Both the position numbers and the translations under genes were made by a program. A DNA stretch of 64,000 nucleotides, taken from the NCBI GenBank assembly GCA_963812605.1, contig CAWEWF010000010.1, positions 64,001 to 128,000 of the forward strand, written 5' to 3'. How positions within the stretch are numbered: position 1 is the stretch's first letter; every line of letters starts with the position of its first letter. Source of the stretch: an uncultured Verrucomicrobiae bacterium (GTDB taxonomy: Bacteria; Verrucomicrobiota; Verrucomicrobiia; Palsa-1439). The notes under the pieces are model-generated. The model ran no database searches. It was not told where the DNA came from and saw only the letters and a program-made list of their open reading frames with translations. Shown piece after piece: positions 1-10,858 of this stretch.

Positions 1-859
1 CAACCAAAAGCAAACCGCCTGTGCCCAGCAAGGCGAAGGTGGAAGGCTCGGGAATCGCCGACAATTGAATGTTATCAACCAGGAAGTCGATGCCGGTGAC
101 GGCGCTTGAGCCGCCGGTCACAAGCCCCAAACGGCCCAGGGTGCCGTTGCTGTAAAAGCCGGCGCTTTGGAACCCATAATCACCATCGACGGTGGTGTTT
201 GTGGACGGCTGCGCCAAGATACCGTTGATATAGACGGCAAAGGAATGGGGATCCAGAACACGCGCCACGTTGTCGGGTCCCGTGTAGCCGAACGTAGCGC
301 CCCCGGTCGTGCCTGCGTAGGCATAGACGTCGAGTGTATTGGTGTTGAACGTCGTGCCCGCTTCTCCGAAGCTATTGCTCCCGCTCACAGCGGCCGAGAC
401 GAATCCGCCACCCGCGTTCTGTGTCCCAACGTCGATTCGGTAGCTGCCGTCGTTGAAGAGGCGAATGACGGCTGCACGGTTGGCAGACGTGGTCTGGTTC
501 AGCCCATTCGAGCCCAGGGACACATACAAGCCTTGTGTGCTGGTGGCGGGTGTAATATTTGCGTTGCGTGTGAAAGTCAATGAGAGGTGGAGGTCGCCGT
601 CCGGAGGCGTGAAATCCTCTTGCAGCTGGGCGCTGGCAGTTGCCGAATTATCCAACATATCCACCTGGTTGTTGCCTGATACATTGGTAACAATCGCACC
701 GAGGGTTCCCAGTGTCGGGGTGGCAGGGCTCACCGCAGTCCAGCCGGTCGGGCTGGAACCGGGCGTATCCCCGGTAAAGTTATCGGAAAATATGACTTGC
801 GCCTCGCTTGAGCAAGCGACCAGACATGCGACGGCAATGAGTGAGATGTGGAGTTTCAT
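1..859 (-). CDS. PEP-CTERM sorting domain-containing secreted protein (3' end runs off window)
   Basis: Manual translation: ATG at 859 gives MKLHISLIAVACLVACSSEAQVIFSDNF (signal peptide); the same frame ends ...IQLSAIPEPSTFALLGTGGLLLV at the window edge. Absent from the ORF track because no stop lies in the window. Confidence 0.85.
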   Translation of the reverse strand, partial: MKLHISLIAVACLVACSSEAQVIFSDNFTGDTPGSSPTGWTAVSPATPTLGTLGAIVTNVSGNNQVDMLDNSATASAQLQEDFTPPDGDLHLSLTFTRNANITPATSTQGLYVSLGSNGLNQTTSANRAAVIRLFNDGSYRIDVGTQNAGGGFVSAAVSGSNSFGEAGTTFNTNTLDVYAYAGTTGGATFGYTGPDNVARVLDPHSFAVYINGILAQPSTNTTVDGDYGFQSAGFYSNGTLGRLGLVTGGSSAVTGIDFLVDNIQLSAIPEPSTFALLGTGGLLLV

Positions 860-1230
860 GGCTTAATCCTTCTTGTTGGTTAGTGATGAGAGTAATCTCG
901 CGCCGTTTGTTGGTGATTGGTTAACGATTACCTCTTCATAGTCGACACGAAGGGAATAGCTCCGCCGAATGTCTCGCCCTTGCGCGCTGATGCCCTCGCT
1001 CTGGCTGTTCGCTGCGGAAAGTTTCTCGCCCTTCATATTACCCTCGCCGTCATGTCCCTGAGTCAACTCGCTTTGGCTCTGGAACTGTGCTTATAATTAT
1101 TAAGTTTCATGAAGAAATGCAAGAACAATCTTGGAGGCCTTTACAAATGGCTGGTACACGGAAGCTTGCGTAAACGTAAAAAGACGGCGAATCCCAAAGT
1201 CCAGGAGCGAAGCGTGGGCAAGAAATTATG

Positions 1231-2238
1231 TTAGGGCTGCAAGGCTTCGGAGTAGGCGCCAATGAGGGGGCCGAGCAGGTTCGCCATTTGGAAAATCATG
1301 TACACGCAGACGAGCCCGTAGGCGATGCGCGGGAGCCAGCTACTGAGAAGGTCGAGGCTTTGGCGCCAGCGTTCTTCGTAGTGTTGCGCCAGTCGATCCA
1401 GCATGTCGTCCAGCCGACCACTTTGTTCTCCCGTCGCCCAGAACTGGATGAGATGCTCCGGGAAAACGCCGGTGGCTTGCAGGGCCCGGCTGACTTCCAA
1501 CTGGCTGTCGATGAGGGGACGAGCCTCGTCGTAGGCGCGGGCGATCACCGGGCTATTAATGGTTTTGCTGGAAAACTCGAGCGCGGGGACGACGCCAAAA
1601 CCGGCTTTAAGCATCAAGCGAACCGAAGAAATCCACTGGCTGAGCGCGTAGTCAAACCGCACCCGACCCAGTACCGGCACGAAGCGAATGAATCGATCCA
1701 TGGCGAGGGCAAGTCCGGGGGTTTTGAAGGCGGCGCGAATGAGCCAGCGAATGACAGCGGCGACCACGACCAGGAGAATGAGGAATCCAACCGTGTCGCG
1801 CAGATACTCTGGCAAGCCGTAGTTTCCCTGCCCGAGCGCTCCCGAGACCAGGGCGGGAAGATGGGAAACGAACACGGCGACCATCAGTATTAGAGCGGGA
1901 AACATGGAAGCGGAGATTATTTTGCGACGCGCTTTGGCCAGGTTCTCGTAGTAATTGCTGAGAGACAACAGCCCCACGTCCAGGGCGCCGCTCTGTTCGC
2001 TAACGGCGAGAGTATGCTGATCGAGGCGCGCAAAACGGCAACGCGGGTTCTCGGCCACGGCCTGATGCAGGGGTTCGCCTTCCTGGACACGCTCGCCCAG
2101 AAACGCAACGGTCTTGCGCAGCGGACGCGGCCCGGTTTGCTGCAGGGAAGTGAGCGCATTGCGGATCGAAACCCCTGCCTGCAGCATCGTTCCCAACTGG
2201 TAATACAGAATCGCCAGGTCTTTGGAGGAAGGTTTCAT
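1231..2238 (-). CDS. Type II secretion system F / PilC family inner membrane platform protein
   Basis: Two T2SSF repeats (QLGTMLQAGV...EQSGALD; LMLKAGFGV...GEQSGRLDDML). Likely start MKPSSKD at 2238 inside ORF 1231..2415. Confidence 0.9.
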   Translation of the reverse strand: MKPSSKDLAILYYQLGTMLQAGVSIRNALTSLQQTGPRPLRKTVAFLGERVQEGEPLHQAVAENPRCRFARLDQHTLAVSEQSGALDVGLLSLSNYYENLAKARRKIISASMFPALILMVAVFVSHLPALVSGALGQGNYGLPEYLRDTVGFLILLVVVAAVIRWLIRAAFKTPGLALAMDRFIRFVPVLGRVRFDYALSQWISSVRLMLKAGFGVVPALEFSSKTINSPVIARAYDEARPLIDSQLEVSRALQATGVFPEHLIQFWATGEQSGRLDDMLDRLAQHYEERWRQSLDLLSSWLPRIAYGLVCVYMIFQMANLLGPLIGAYSEALQP

Positions 2239-2353
2239 TCCTGTTTCGCAGCCGTTTCCAACGGCCACCACACCTTGCTCCGCAATCGGGGAAAACTCAA
2301 TCGCGAAACAGGATATTCCAACCCCTGGCGTTGGGATGTCAATCCGTTGGGGC

Positions 2354-3108
2354 TTATCTCCAGTAACCGGAAACCCACACGCCGCTACCGCCGCGCCGCG
2401 TGTAGTAACCGCCAACCCAAACTGCCCGGCGATGAGGCGGCCAGGCCCAGCGGCCTCGCACCCAGACCCAGCGTCCGCCGTACCATCCCCAATAACCGCC
2501 GACCCAAACGTAACCCGGACCCGGGGCCGGATAGTAGACGTCTTCCACGATCGGCGGCGGCGGAGGTTGGGCCACCACGACTTCCTGATACTCCTGCGAC
2601 GGAGGCGGCGGTGGCGGTCCTGCGTCGGCGCCGCTGGCCGTGTTGATCATGACATCGATGACCCGCTCGCTGACACCGGCGTCCTTGAGGTCGATGATCT
2701 CCGCGGTGCTCAGGTGGTACATCGTGTGCGAATTACGAATCTGGCTGATGATGACTTCATCGCTGACGCCCGCTTTCGCCAGCGCCTTGATGTCCGCTGT
2801 CCCCAGCGGCTGGCCCTGGTCGATGCGTACCAACGTTTGCGGGGAATACTCGCGGACTCGCTCCCGTTGCTGCTGGTCGATGGAATTGCCAATGATGGCG
2901 CCGGTGAGCGCCCCGATTGCGCCTCCGATCAAGCGCGCCCGCGCCCGCGTTACGGCCGCCAATGACGGCTCCCGAGGCGGCGCCGACCCCGGCTCCCACC
3001 AACGCGCCCGTAGCGGTGTTGTCCGGACGGCCCGGACGGAGTTTCGCATCCCACCGCCAGCGCAACCCCAATCGCCACCGCTGTGACACTAATAGTATGA
3101 TATTTCAT
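2354..3108 (-). CDS. Glycine-zipper lipoprotein with C-terminal YXWGXW repeats (frameshifts near 3035 and 2932)
   Basis: MKYHTISVTAVAIGVALAVGC lipobox; TGALVGAGVGAASGAVIG / LIGGAIGALTGAIIG zipper; PAPGPGYVWVGGYWGW...VWVSGYW repeats; split over ORFs 2757..3089 and 2354..3049. Confidence 0.8.
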
Positions 3109-3271
3109 ATTTCAGCTCCTTGTATTTCCCTTCGACAAACATACCCATGCGGACGTTAGATGCAACTGGTTCTTCCTGTCGTTCACATCAATCAATGTCT
3201 ACGCGATCCGTCGTGCTAGTGGAGCATTAACACCGCCAAACCCGATTGGGTTTCCACGGGAAATTTTTCCG

Positions 3272-3289
3272 CTTGACTGATCGGTCAAG
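3272..3289. promoter_or_regulatory. Palindromic TetR operator candidate overlapping a TTGACT -35 box
   Basis: CTTGACTGATCGGTCAAG is a near-perfect inverted repeat about 28 bp upstream of the TetR start. Confidence 0.7.
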
Positions 3290-3316
3290 TAAAGCGATGT
3301 TTCGGCCGTTGAAATT

Positions 3317-3947
3317 ATGAAGACCGAATGCGATACCAAGCAGAAGTTGTTGGACACGGCCATGCAGCTTATTTGGGAACAGAGCTACGGGGCGGTCAGC
3401 GTGGATCACATTTGCGAGCGGGCCAGCGCGAAGAAGGGGAGTTTTTACCATTTCTTCCCGTCGAAATCGGATTTGGCGGTCGCGGCGATCGACGATCATT
3501 GGCGGAAGCTGCGGCCCGATCTGGATCGTATCTTTTCGCCGCAAGCGCCGCCGTTGGAACGATTGGCGGGGTATTGCGATTTTGTTTACGAGCAGCAGAG
3601 GCAGCAAATGCAGAGATTTGGCAGGGTTTGTGGGTGTGCCTTCACTTCCCTGGGCTCCGAGTTAAGCACGCAGGACGAAAAAATCCGGAAGAAATCACTG
3701 CAGATCATGGAGTGGCGCTGCAAGTATCTTGCGGCGGCCATCCGTGACGCCGTCCGGGAGGGAGCTGGTTCCGGAACAGGACTGCGACGCCAAAGCCCGC
3801 GACCTGTATGGGAGCGTCCTGGGCGTGCTCTTGCAGGCAAAAATCGAAAACAATCTGGCGATCATCCGCCACTTGAAGCCGACGATCTTTCGGCTGATCG
3901 GCGTGCCCGAAAAGGAAGTCGCGGGCACGCCAAGCCGTCAGCCATAA
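3317..3947 (+). CDS. TetR/AcrR family regulator, NemR-like (frameshift near 3760)
   Basis: HTH KQKLLDTAMQLIWEQSYGAVSVDHICERASAKKGSFYHFFPSKSDL; GC motif in the C-domain; C-terminus continues in ORF 3729..3947. Confidence 0.9.
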
Positions 3948-3950
3948 TCC

Positions 3951-3966
3951 TAGACCAAGCGGTCAA
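3951..3966. promoter_or_regulatory. Second TetR operator candidate between tetR and the RND permease
   Basis: TAGACCAAGCGGTCAA has the same T(T/A)GAC-N6-GTCAA geometry as the site at 3273-3288. Confidence 0.6.
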
Positions 3967-4011
3967 CACCATGAACATGAATGACACCCGGAGCCGATTG
4001 CGGAGGACGCC

Positions 4012-7000
4012 ATGTGGATCGTCAAGCTAGCGCTCCGCCGCCCCTATACCTTTGTCGTCGCGGCCTTGCTGCTGCTGTTATTGACGCCATTCATTCTCTT
4101 GCGCACGCCGACGGACATTTTTCCCGCCATTAATATCCCCGTCGTCAGCATCGTCTGGAACTACACGGGCTTGAATGCGGTCGACATGGAAAACCGCATC
4201 GTCTACAACGAAGAGCGCGCGTTGACGACCACGGTCAATAATATCGAGCACATCGAGTCCTCCTCGTACAATGGCATTGGGGTCATTAAGGTATTCTTCC
4301 GCCAGGGGACTTCCGTGGATGCCGGCGTGGCCCAGGTCACGGCCATTTCGCAGACGGTGCTGCGCGCGTTGCCGCCCGGGACCACGCCGCCGCTGATTAT
4401 CCAGTACAACGCGTCCACGGTCCCCATCCTCCAGTATGGCGTCAGCAGCCAGACGCTTTCCGAGCAGGAGGTTTTTGACGCCAGTGTGAACCAGATCCGC
4501 GTCGGTTTGATCACCGTGCAGGGAGCGGCCATTCCGTTCCCCTATGGCGGCAAGCAGCGGCTGGTGTCCGTGGACCTTGACCTGAAGGCTTTGCAGTCGC
4601 AGAACCTTTCCCCCATAGATGTCGTCAACGCGATCACCCTCCAAAATTTCGTCCTGCCCAGCGGCACGGCGAAAATCGGCGCGACGGAATACGACATTGA
4701 CCTCAATACCAGCCCGAAACTACTGGATGAGTTGAACGACCTGCCGATTAAAACCGTCAATGGGGCCGTGATCCACGTTCGCGACGTGGCCCAGGTGCGC
4801 GATGGTTATCTGCCCCAGCAGAATGTTGTCCGCCAGGATGGCTTCCGCAGCGTCTTGATCAGCATTCTCAAGACCGGAACCGCCTCGACCCTGAGCGTCG
4901 CCAACGGCGTGAAGCACGCCATGGCCGCCACGATGAACACCGTCTCCGATAAACTGATCGTGAAGCAATTCATCGACCAGTCGATTTTTGTGCGCGCGGC
5001 CATCTCGGGCGTGATTCGCGAGGGGGTGATCGCGGCGTGCCTGACGGCGATCATGATCCTGTTGTTTCTCGGCTCGTGGCGCGGCACGGTCATCATCGCG
5101 CTGTCGATTCCTCTTTCGATTTTGGTGTCGCTGGCAGTCCTGAGCGCTTTGGGCGAAACGATCAACCTCATGACGCTGGGCGGGCTGGCGCTGGCGGTTG
5201 GCATCCTCGTTGATGACGCGACCGTGGAGCTGGAAAACGTCCATCGCCAGATGGCGTTGGGCAAGCCGACCATCCAGGCGATTCTGGACGGGGCGCAGGA
5301 GATCGCCCTGCCGGCGTTCGTCTCGACGCTCTGTATCTGCATTGTGTTCGTCCCGATGTTTTTCCTGGCGGGCGTGGCGCGCTATTTGTTCGTGCCGCTG
5401 GCCGAAGCGGTGGTGTTCGCGATGCTGGCCAGTTATGCGCTGTCGCGAACGTTGGTGCCGACCATGGTGATGTTTTTCTACCGCCACGTGGAGTACCACG
5501 GTCACGGCGCCGACCCCAACAAGGTCGCGCCGTGGTTGCGTCCATTTGCCCGTCTACAGGTCAGTTTTGAAAAGGGCTTTGATAAACTTCGCGAGAACTA
5601 CCGCGCCCTCCTCGGCGTTGTTTTTGAGCACCGGATCCTCTTTTCCGTGGTATTTCTGGCATTTTGCCTGGGGTCGTGTTTGCTGATACCGCTGCTCGGA
5701 CAGGATTTCTTCCCTTCCGTTGACGCGGGGACGTTTCGATTGCACGCGCGCGTTCGTAGCGGCACCCGCATCGAGGAAACCGCCAAGGCCATCGATGAGA
5801 TCGAAGTCGCCATTCGACAGGAAATCCCGCGCGAAGAATTGCACGGCATTCTCGATAACATCGGCCTGCCGAATTCCTCCATCAACCTCACCTACAGCGA
5901 CAGTGGCGTCTCGGGGCCGAATGACGCGGACATCCTGGTCTCGCTCAACGAGGGGCATCGGCCTACTTCCGAATATGTCCGGCGCTTGCGGCTCCGTTTG
6001 AACCGCGATTTTCCCGGGACAACGTTTTATTTCCTGCCCGCCGACATTGTCAGCCAGACGATCAACTTTGGTTTGCCGGCCCCATTTGACATCCAGATCG
6101 TCGGACGTGACCAGGTCAAGAACCGGGAAGTGGCCTCGCGTTTGGTGGACAAACTCCGGCAGGTTCCCGGCGCGGTGGATGTGCGCATCCAGCAACCCAG
6201 CGACCGGCCCAAGCTCGAGTTCGTCGTCGACCGCACGAAGGCGTCCGAGATGGGCCTCACCGAGAATGACGTGGCCAACTCGGTGTTGTTGAACCTCAGC
6301 GGCAGCAGCCAGGTGACGCCTTCGTACTGGGTCAATTTTGGCCTCGGCGTGCAGTATGTGTTGAACATCCGCGCCCCGGAATATCGGATGGAATCGTTGG
6401 CCGATCTCAACTCGATGCCGGTGAGCGCCAGCCAGCCCGGCGCGGGGAACGGCCAATTGCTCTCGAATCTCGCGAGTTTCAAGCGCACCACTGGCCCGCC
6501 GGTCATCTCCCATTATGATGTGCGGCCGGTGCTCGATATTTTCGGCGGCGTGGGCGGTCGCGACCTGGGCGGAGTATTGCATGATATTCAACCGCTCATC
6601 AAGCAAGCGGAGAGGGAACTGCCACGCGGCAGTCTCATCCTGGTGCGCGGGCAAGCGGAAACGATGCATTCCAGCTTCATCGGATTGAGCATCGGCCTGG
6701 TCATGGCCATTGCGCTCATCTATTTGCTGTTGGTCGTGAATTTCCAGAGCTGGCTCGACCCGTTCATCATCATCACGGCGCTGCCGGGCGCGCTCGCCGG
6801 TGTGGTCTGGGCCTTGCATATCACGATCACGACGGTCAGCGTCCCCGCGCTGATGGGCGCCATCATGAGCCTCGGCGTCGCCACGGCGAATTCCGTCCTG
6901 GTGGTCACTTTTGCGCGCAATCATCTTCGCGAAGGGCATGATCCGTTGACCTCGGCTTGGGAAGCCGGGGTGGGCCGGTTGCGCCCGGTGATCATGACGG

Positions 7001-7239
7001 CAATGGCCATGATCATCGGTATGCTCCCGATGGCCCTGGGACTTGGGGAAGGCGGCGAGCAGAATGCGCCGTTGGGCCGCGCGGTCATCGGCGGCCTGGT
7101 GGTGGCCACGTTTGCCACGCTCTTTTTCGTGCCGGTGGTCTTCAGCCTGATGCGCCGTCACTCGACAAGCTCGGACCAGGAAAAAGTTAACGCGGTAATC
7201 CAGGCACACGGCGTTCTTCCCAACACGGTAGCTACATGA
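4012..7239 (+). CDS. RND efflux transporter permease subunit (AcrB/AcrD/AcrF family)
   Basis: 1075 aa; MWIVKLALRRPYTF start, GILVDDATVELEN, RLRPVIMTA, APLGRAVIGG motifs. Confidence 0.95.
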   Translation: MWIVKLALRRPYTFVVAALLLLLLTPFILLRTPTDIFPAINIPVVSIVWNYTGLNAVDMENRIVYNEERALTTTVNNIEHIESSSYNGIGVIKVFFRQGTSVDAGVAQVTAISQTVLRALPPGTTPPLIIQYNASTVPILQYGVSSQTLSEQEVFDASVNQIRVGLITVQGAAIPFPYGGKQRLVSVDLDLKALQSQNLSPIDVVNAITLQNFVLPSGTAKIGATEYDIDLNTSPKLLDELNDLPIKTVNGAVIHVRDVAQVRDGYLPQQNVVRQDGFRSVLISILKTGTASTLSVANGVKHAMAATMNTVSDKLIVKQFIDQSIFVRAAISGVIREGVIAACLTAIMILLFLGSWRGTVIIALSIPLSILVSLAVLSALGETINLMTLGGLALAVGILVDDATVELENVHRQMALGKPTIQAILDGAQEIALPAFVSTLCICIVFVPMFFLAGVARYLFVPLAEAVVFAMLASYALSRTLVPTMVMFFYRHVEYHGHGADPNKVAPWLRPFARLQVSFEKGFDKLRENYRALLGVVFEHRILFSVVFLAFCLGSCLLIPLLGQDFFPSVDAGTFRLHARVRSGTRIEETAKAIDEIEVAIRQEIPREELHGILDNIGLPNSSINLTYSDSGVSGPNDADILVSLNEGHRPTSEYVRRLRLRLNRDFPGTTFYFLPADIVSQTINFGLPAPFDIQIVGRDQVKNREVASRLVDKLRQVPGAVDVRIQQPSDRPKLEFVVDRTKASEMGLTENDVANSVLLNLSGSSQVTPSYWVNFGLGVQYVLNIRAPEYRMESLADLNSMPVSASQPGAGNGQLLSNLASFKRTTGPPVISHYDVRPVLDIFGGVGGRDLGGVLHDIQPLIKQAERELPRGSLILVRGQAETMHSSFIGLSIGLVMAIALIYLLLVVNFQSWLDPFIIITALPGALAGVVWALHITITTVSVPALMGAIMSLGVATANSVLVVTFARNHLREGHDPLTSAWEAGVGRLRPVIMTAMAMIIGMLPMALGLGEGGEQNAPLGRAVIGGLVVATFATLFFVPVVFSLMRRHSTSSDQEKVNAVIQAHGVLPNTVAT

Positions 7240-7251
7240 GGAAATGTTGTT

Positions 7252-8479
7252 ATGAATTCGCTTGAGAACAGTCCAACGCAAACCCCGGAAACCAAGGGGC
7301 CGGCGGCGCCCATCGCGCCGCTTGGCCAGAAGGAGGGGAGGCCGCCCGTCAAACTGCGCCGCGTAGGAATCGTCATCGTGGCGATAATCCTGGTGGGTTT
7401 CATCATCGGCTTCATCCCCCGCTGGCGCCAGCGCACGGCCTTGCGCGCCGAAACGCTTGAGCTGGCCACACCCACGGTTCGCGTCGTGTCGGCCGTGCCC
7501 AGTGGATCTGCTGGCGGCCTTTTACTGCCCGGCGGAAGTCAGACCCCTTGTCGAAGCGCCGATCTTCGCCCGGGCCAACGGTTATCTCAAACGCTGGCTG
7601 GTGGATATCGGGGCGCATGTCGATGCCGGCCAGTTGATCGCCGAAATCGACATTCCGGACCTGGACCAACAACTCGATCAGGCCCGCGCCCAGCTCGCGG
7701 AGTCGGATGCGGCCCTGGCGTTGGCCAAGACCACCGCTGACCGCTGGGCCGACCTGCTCAAGACTTCCAGCGTCAGCGAGCAGGAAAACGCGGAGAAGCA
7801 GGCCGACTTCAAGCTCAAGACCGCGACCGTCGAGGCCAACCGGGCCAACGTCCATCGCCTGGAGCAACTGGTGTCCTTTGCGCGGATCACGGCGCCCTTT
7901 GCCGGGACGATCACCGCGCGCAATACCGATGTCGGCGACCTGATTGTGGCGGGCAGCAGCAAGGAACTTTTCCGGCTCGCACAAACCGAAACGCTTCGGG
8001 TTTACGTGCGCGTGCCGCAAACAGCCGCCCACGGCATCGCTCCGGGCCAGCCGGCGGAAGTGCTGATTCCCGAGATGCCCGGTCGCGTCTTTCCGGCGAA
8101 GGTGGTCACCACTTCGGGAGCGATGGCGACGGATTCGCGCACCTTGCTGACCGAGCTGCAAGTGGACAACTCCAAGAATGAGATCCTCCCGGGCAGCTAT
8201 GCCCAGGTGCGTTTTCTCGATACCACACCCGGCGCCACTCTGACCTTGCCGTCGAACACGTTGTTGTTCCGCGCCCAGGGCCTGCAGGTTGGTGTCGTCG
8301 GACCGGGCGGCAAGGTTGACTTGCACGACGTGCAGATCGGCCGCGACTTTGGCCAGAAAGTGGAGGTGCTCTCCGGCGTCAGCGCCAGCGATCAGGTCAT
8401 AGTCAATCCCTCGGACTCGTTGGTCGGCGGCACGAGCGTGCGCCTCGCGGAAGCACCCAAGACAGTAGCCAGCAAATGA
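7252..8479 (+). CDS. RND efflux periplasmic adaptor (MFP), frameshift near 7529
   Basis: N-terminal TM in ORF 7252..7740; ARANGYLKRWLVDIG, ITAPFAGTITARN in ORF 7457..8479. Confidence 0.9.
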
Positions 8480-9945
8480 AACTGGCGCGACACAGAGTTG
8501 TGGTGGCGGTTGCGGGTTTGTTGCTGGCGGGCTGCGCGGTCGGCCCGGATTACAAACGCCCGCAAGCCACCGCCACCATGCCCGGCGCGTATGCCGGCGC
8601 GACCAATGAATGGAAAGTCGCCGAGCCACAGGCCGGCGCGCCCAAGGGCAAGTGGTGGGAGATGTTTGGGGACGCGGAGCTGGACCAGTTGGAAGCCAAT
8701 GCGGTGACGGCCAACCAGCAACTCAAGGCGGCGGTCGCGGCTTTCGACCAGGCGCGCGCGCTGACGGACGCCGCGCGATCCGGACTTTTTCCGCACCTGG
8801 CGTTTTCCCCGTCGGCCACGCGCGAGGGCGACTCGTTGAACCGTCCGATCAATGGCAAGGCCGCCGGCAAGAGCCAGACCTTTTCGTTCAACACGTTTAC
8901 CGCGCCGCTCGATCTCACGTATGAAGTGGACCTCTGGGGACGCGTGCGGCGCACTGTGGAATCCTCACGTTCCCAGGAGCAAGCCAGCGCCGACGACCTG
9001 GAGAATATCAAACTGGGGATCGAGGCGGAAGTGGCCATGGACTATTTTACGCTTCGCTCCCTTGATGCGCAGACGGTGTTGCTGCGCACCGACATTGAAG
9101 TTTTCCAAAAGTCACTTGAACTGACCCAGAACCGCCGCGACGGCGGGGTCGCGACCGACCTGGATGTCGCCCAGGCTGAAACCGTGCTCAAGACGACGCA
9201 GGCGGAACTGCCCGGCACTTTGTTGCAGCGCGCGCAATTTGAGCATGCGCTCGCGGTACTGACCGGCCAACCCGCTTCCACGTTTACGGTGACAGAACGG
9301 CCGCTCGAGATCATGCCGCCCATCATTCCGCCCGGTTTGCCCTCGGCGTTACTGGAGCGTCGGCCCGATATTTCCGCCGCCGAACGCAGGATGGCCGCCG
9401 CCAATGCGAATGTCGGCGTGGCCAAGGCCGCGTTCTTCCCCACGATCCTGATCAATGGCCTGGGAGGGTTTGAAAGCGTGAACGCGGGGACGGTGTTCAA
9501 CTGGCAAAGCCGGTTTTGGTCCCTCGGCCCGTCGCTCACACTGCCGCTCTTCGAGGGCGGACAAAACGTGGCCAATCTGCGGGCTTCGCGGGCGGCTTAT
9601 GACGAGTCGGTGGCGAACTACCGCCAAAGCGTGCTGGCGGCGTTTGCCGATGTGGAAGACAACCTGGCGGCCCAGAATTTTCTCAGCCGGCAATACGACG
9701 CGGAAGGCGCGGCGCTGGAGGCGGCCCGCAAACAGCTGGAGATCGCCAACAATCGCTACAAGGCGGGACTGATCACGTTTCTTGATGTCGCGACCGCCCA
9801 GAGCACCGAGTTGGGCGTCCAGAGCACGACGGTGCAATTGCGCGGCCAGCAACTGGTGGCCGCGGTGGCGCTGGTGAAGTCGCTCGGCGGCGGCTGGCAG
9901 GACCCTTTCGTGACGGCGCAATCTTCGCCGCGGACGAACCCCTGA
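8476..9945 (+). CDS. Efflux outer membrane lipoprotein (NodT/OprM family)
   Basis: Lipobox LLAGCAVGPDY; YEVDLWGRVRR; LLERRPDISAAERR; LVKSLGGGW; ATGA overlap with the MFP gene. Confidence 0.95.
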   Translation: MKLARHRVVVAVAGLLLAGCAVGPDYKRPQATATMPGAYAGATNEWKVAEPQAGAPKGKWWEMFGDAELDQLEANAVTANQQLKAAVAAFDQARALTDAARSGLFPHLAFSPSATREGDSLNRPINGKAAGKSQTFSFNTFTAPLDLTYEVDLWGRVRRTVESSRSQEQASADDLENIKLGIEAEVAMDYFTLRSLDAQTVLLRTDIEVFQKSLELTQNRRDGGVATDLDVAQAETVLKTTQAELPGTLLQRAQFEHALAVLTGQPASTFTVTERPLEIMPPIIPPGLPSALLERRPDISAAERRMAAANANVGVAKAAFFPTILINGLGGFESVNAGTVFNWQSRFWSLGPSLTLPLFEGGQNVANLRASRAAYDESVANYRQSVLAAFADVEDNLAAQNFLSRQYDAEGAALEAARKQLEIANNRYKAGLITFLDVATAQSTELGVQSTTVQLRGQQLVAAVALVKSLGGGWQDPFVTAQSSPRTNP

Positions 9946-9946
9946 G

Positions 9947-10858
9947 TTACCAGGAAAAATGATTGAGGCCGTAAATCAGCGAAGCGCCCAGATAGCCGGC
10001 GACGCTGACCAGGATGGCGCCGATAACCAGTGTCAGGTGGAACCAGCGATACACCCGTTGCGAACTTTCCTGTCGGTTTGAAAGCTCCGAGAGCGTGGCC
10101 GCCAATACGGCCCAGATGGCGGTGGCCGTGCCGACCCAGCGATGCCACCACAGCACCGATGCCGAGACCCCGGCGTAGGTTGAAAAAGGAGCGTCGCACC
10201 AACCCAGGGTTGCCGTGATCACGGCGGTCACCGCGCCGAGCATGACACAGAATCGGGCCGTCGCTTTCCACGAGTCTTTGCGGGTGAGGATCCAGAGGAA
10301 ATCGACCGGCAGCGCGACGATGAGCAGGGCGATGGGAAAATGCGTGGATGGCGGGTGAAACTGCCCGACGTCGCGAACGATGCGCCGGCGCAAGGTCAAC
10401 GGTGGGGGCTTCGGCGGCGAGACGACGGGAGGACCGGGCGGCGCGCCGACTTCGATCCAGGCTTTGACGATTTCTTTTTCCTCAATGGTCAGCGGCGGCA
10501 AATTCTCCTTGGCAGGGGGCATTTCGTTGTGGAACACCGTCTGGTAAAGCTCCGATTTCACTGGGTTTCCCGGGACGACCATCTTGGGATTGGCGGCAAC
10601 GCGGGCCAGGTCGGTGACGTAGCCGAATTTGCCCTTGGGCCGCGCGAGGTCCGCGCCATGGCACTGCGTGCAGCGGGCTTGGAAAATTGCGTGAACCTGG
10701 CTGGCCAGCGCCGGGATGGGTGACGGCGGAACGTTTTGGGGCGATGGTTCTTCAGCCCCGGCGTTCCAAGCGCTGCCGACCAACAAGATGAAGGTCAGGG
10801 CGAGCGCCCTAACAGCGGAGCCCCTCACTTCAAGGCCCCTGCGGCGGCGGGCCTCCAT
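9947..10858 (-). CDS. Planctomycete-type cytochrome c domain fused to a DUF2231-like membrane domain
   Basis: Signal peptide, CTQCH heme motif, VVPGNPVKSEL...EMPP...WIEVGA; then four TMs with HPPSTHFPIAL and further His residues. True start is probably the GTG near 10829. Confidence 0.8.
   Translation of the reverse strand: MEARRRRGLEVRGSAVRALALTFILLVGSAWNAGAEEPSPQNVPPSPIPALASQVHAIFQARCTQCHGADLARPKGKFGYVTDLARVAANPKMVVPGNPVKSELYQTVFHNEMPPAKENLPPLTIEEKEIVKAWIEVGAPPGPPVVSPPKPPPLTLRRRIVRDVGQFHPPSTHFPIALLIVALPVDFLWILTRKDSWKATARFCVMLGAVTAVITATLGWCDAPFSTYAGVSASVLWWHRWVGTATAIWAVLAATLSELSNRQESSQRVYRWFHLTLVIGAILVSVAGYLGASLIYGLNHFSW

Noticed and set aside
860-1230. Riboswitch or small ORF upstream of the PEP-CTERM gene
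   Set aside because: No recognisable aptamer consensus or convincing coding signal by eye; an Rfam scan would be needed.
1231-2238. Complete type II secretion or type IV pilus locus
   Set aside because: Only an isolated GspF/PilC gene is present; no ATPase, secretin or peptidase nearby.
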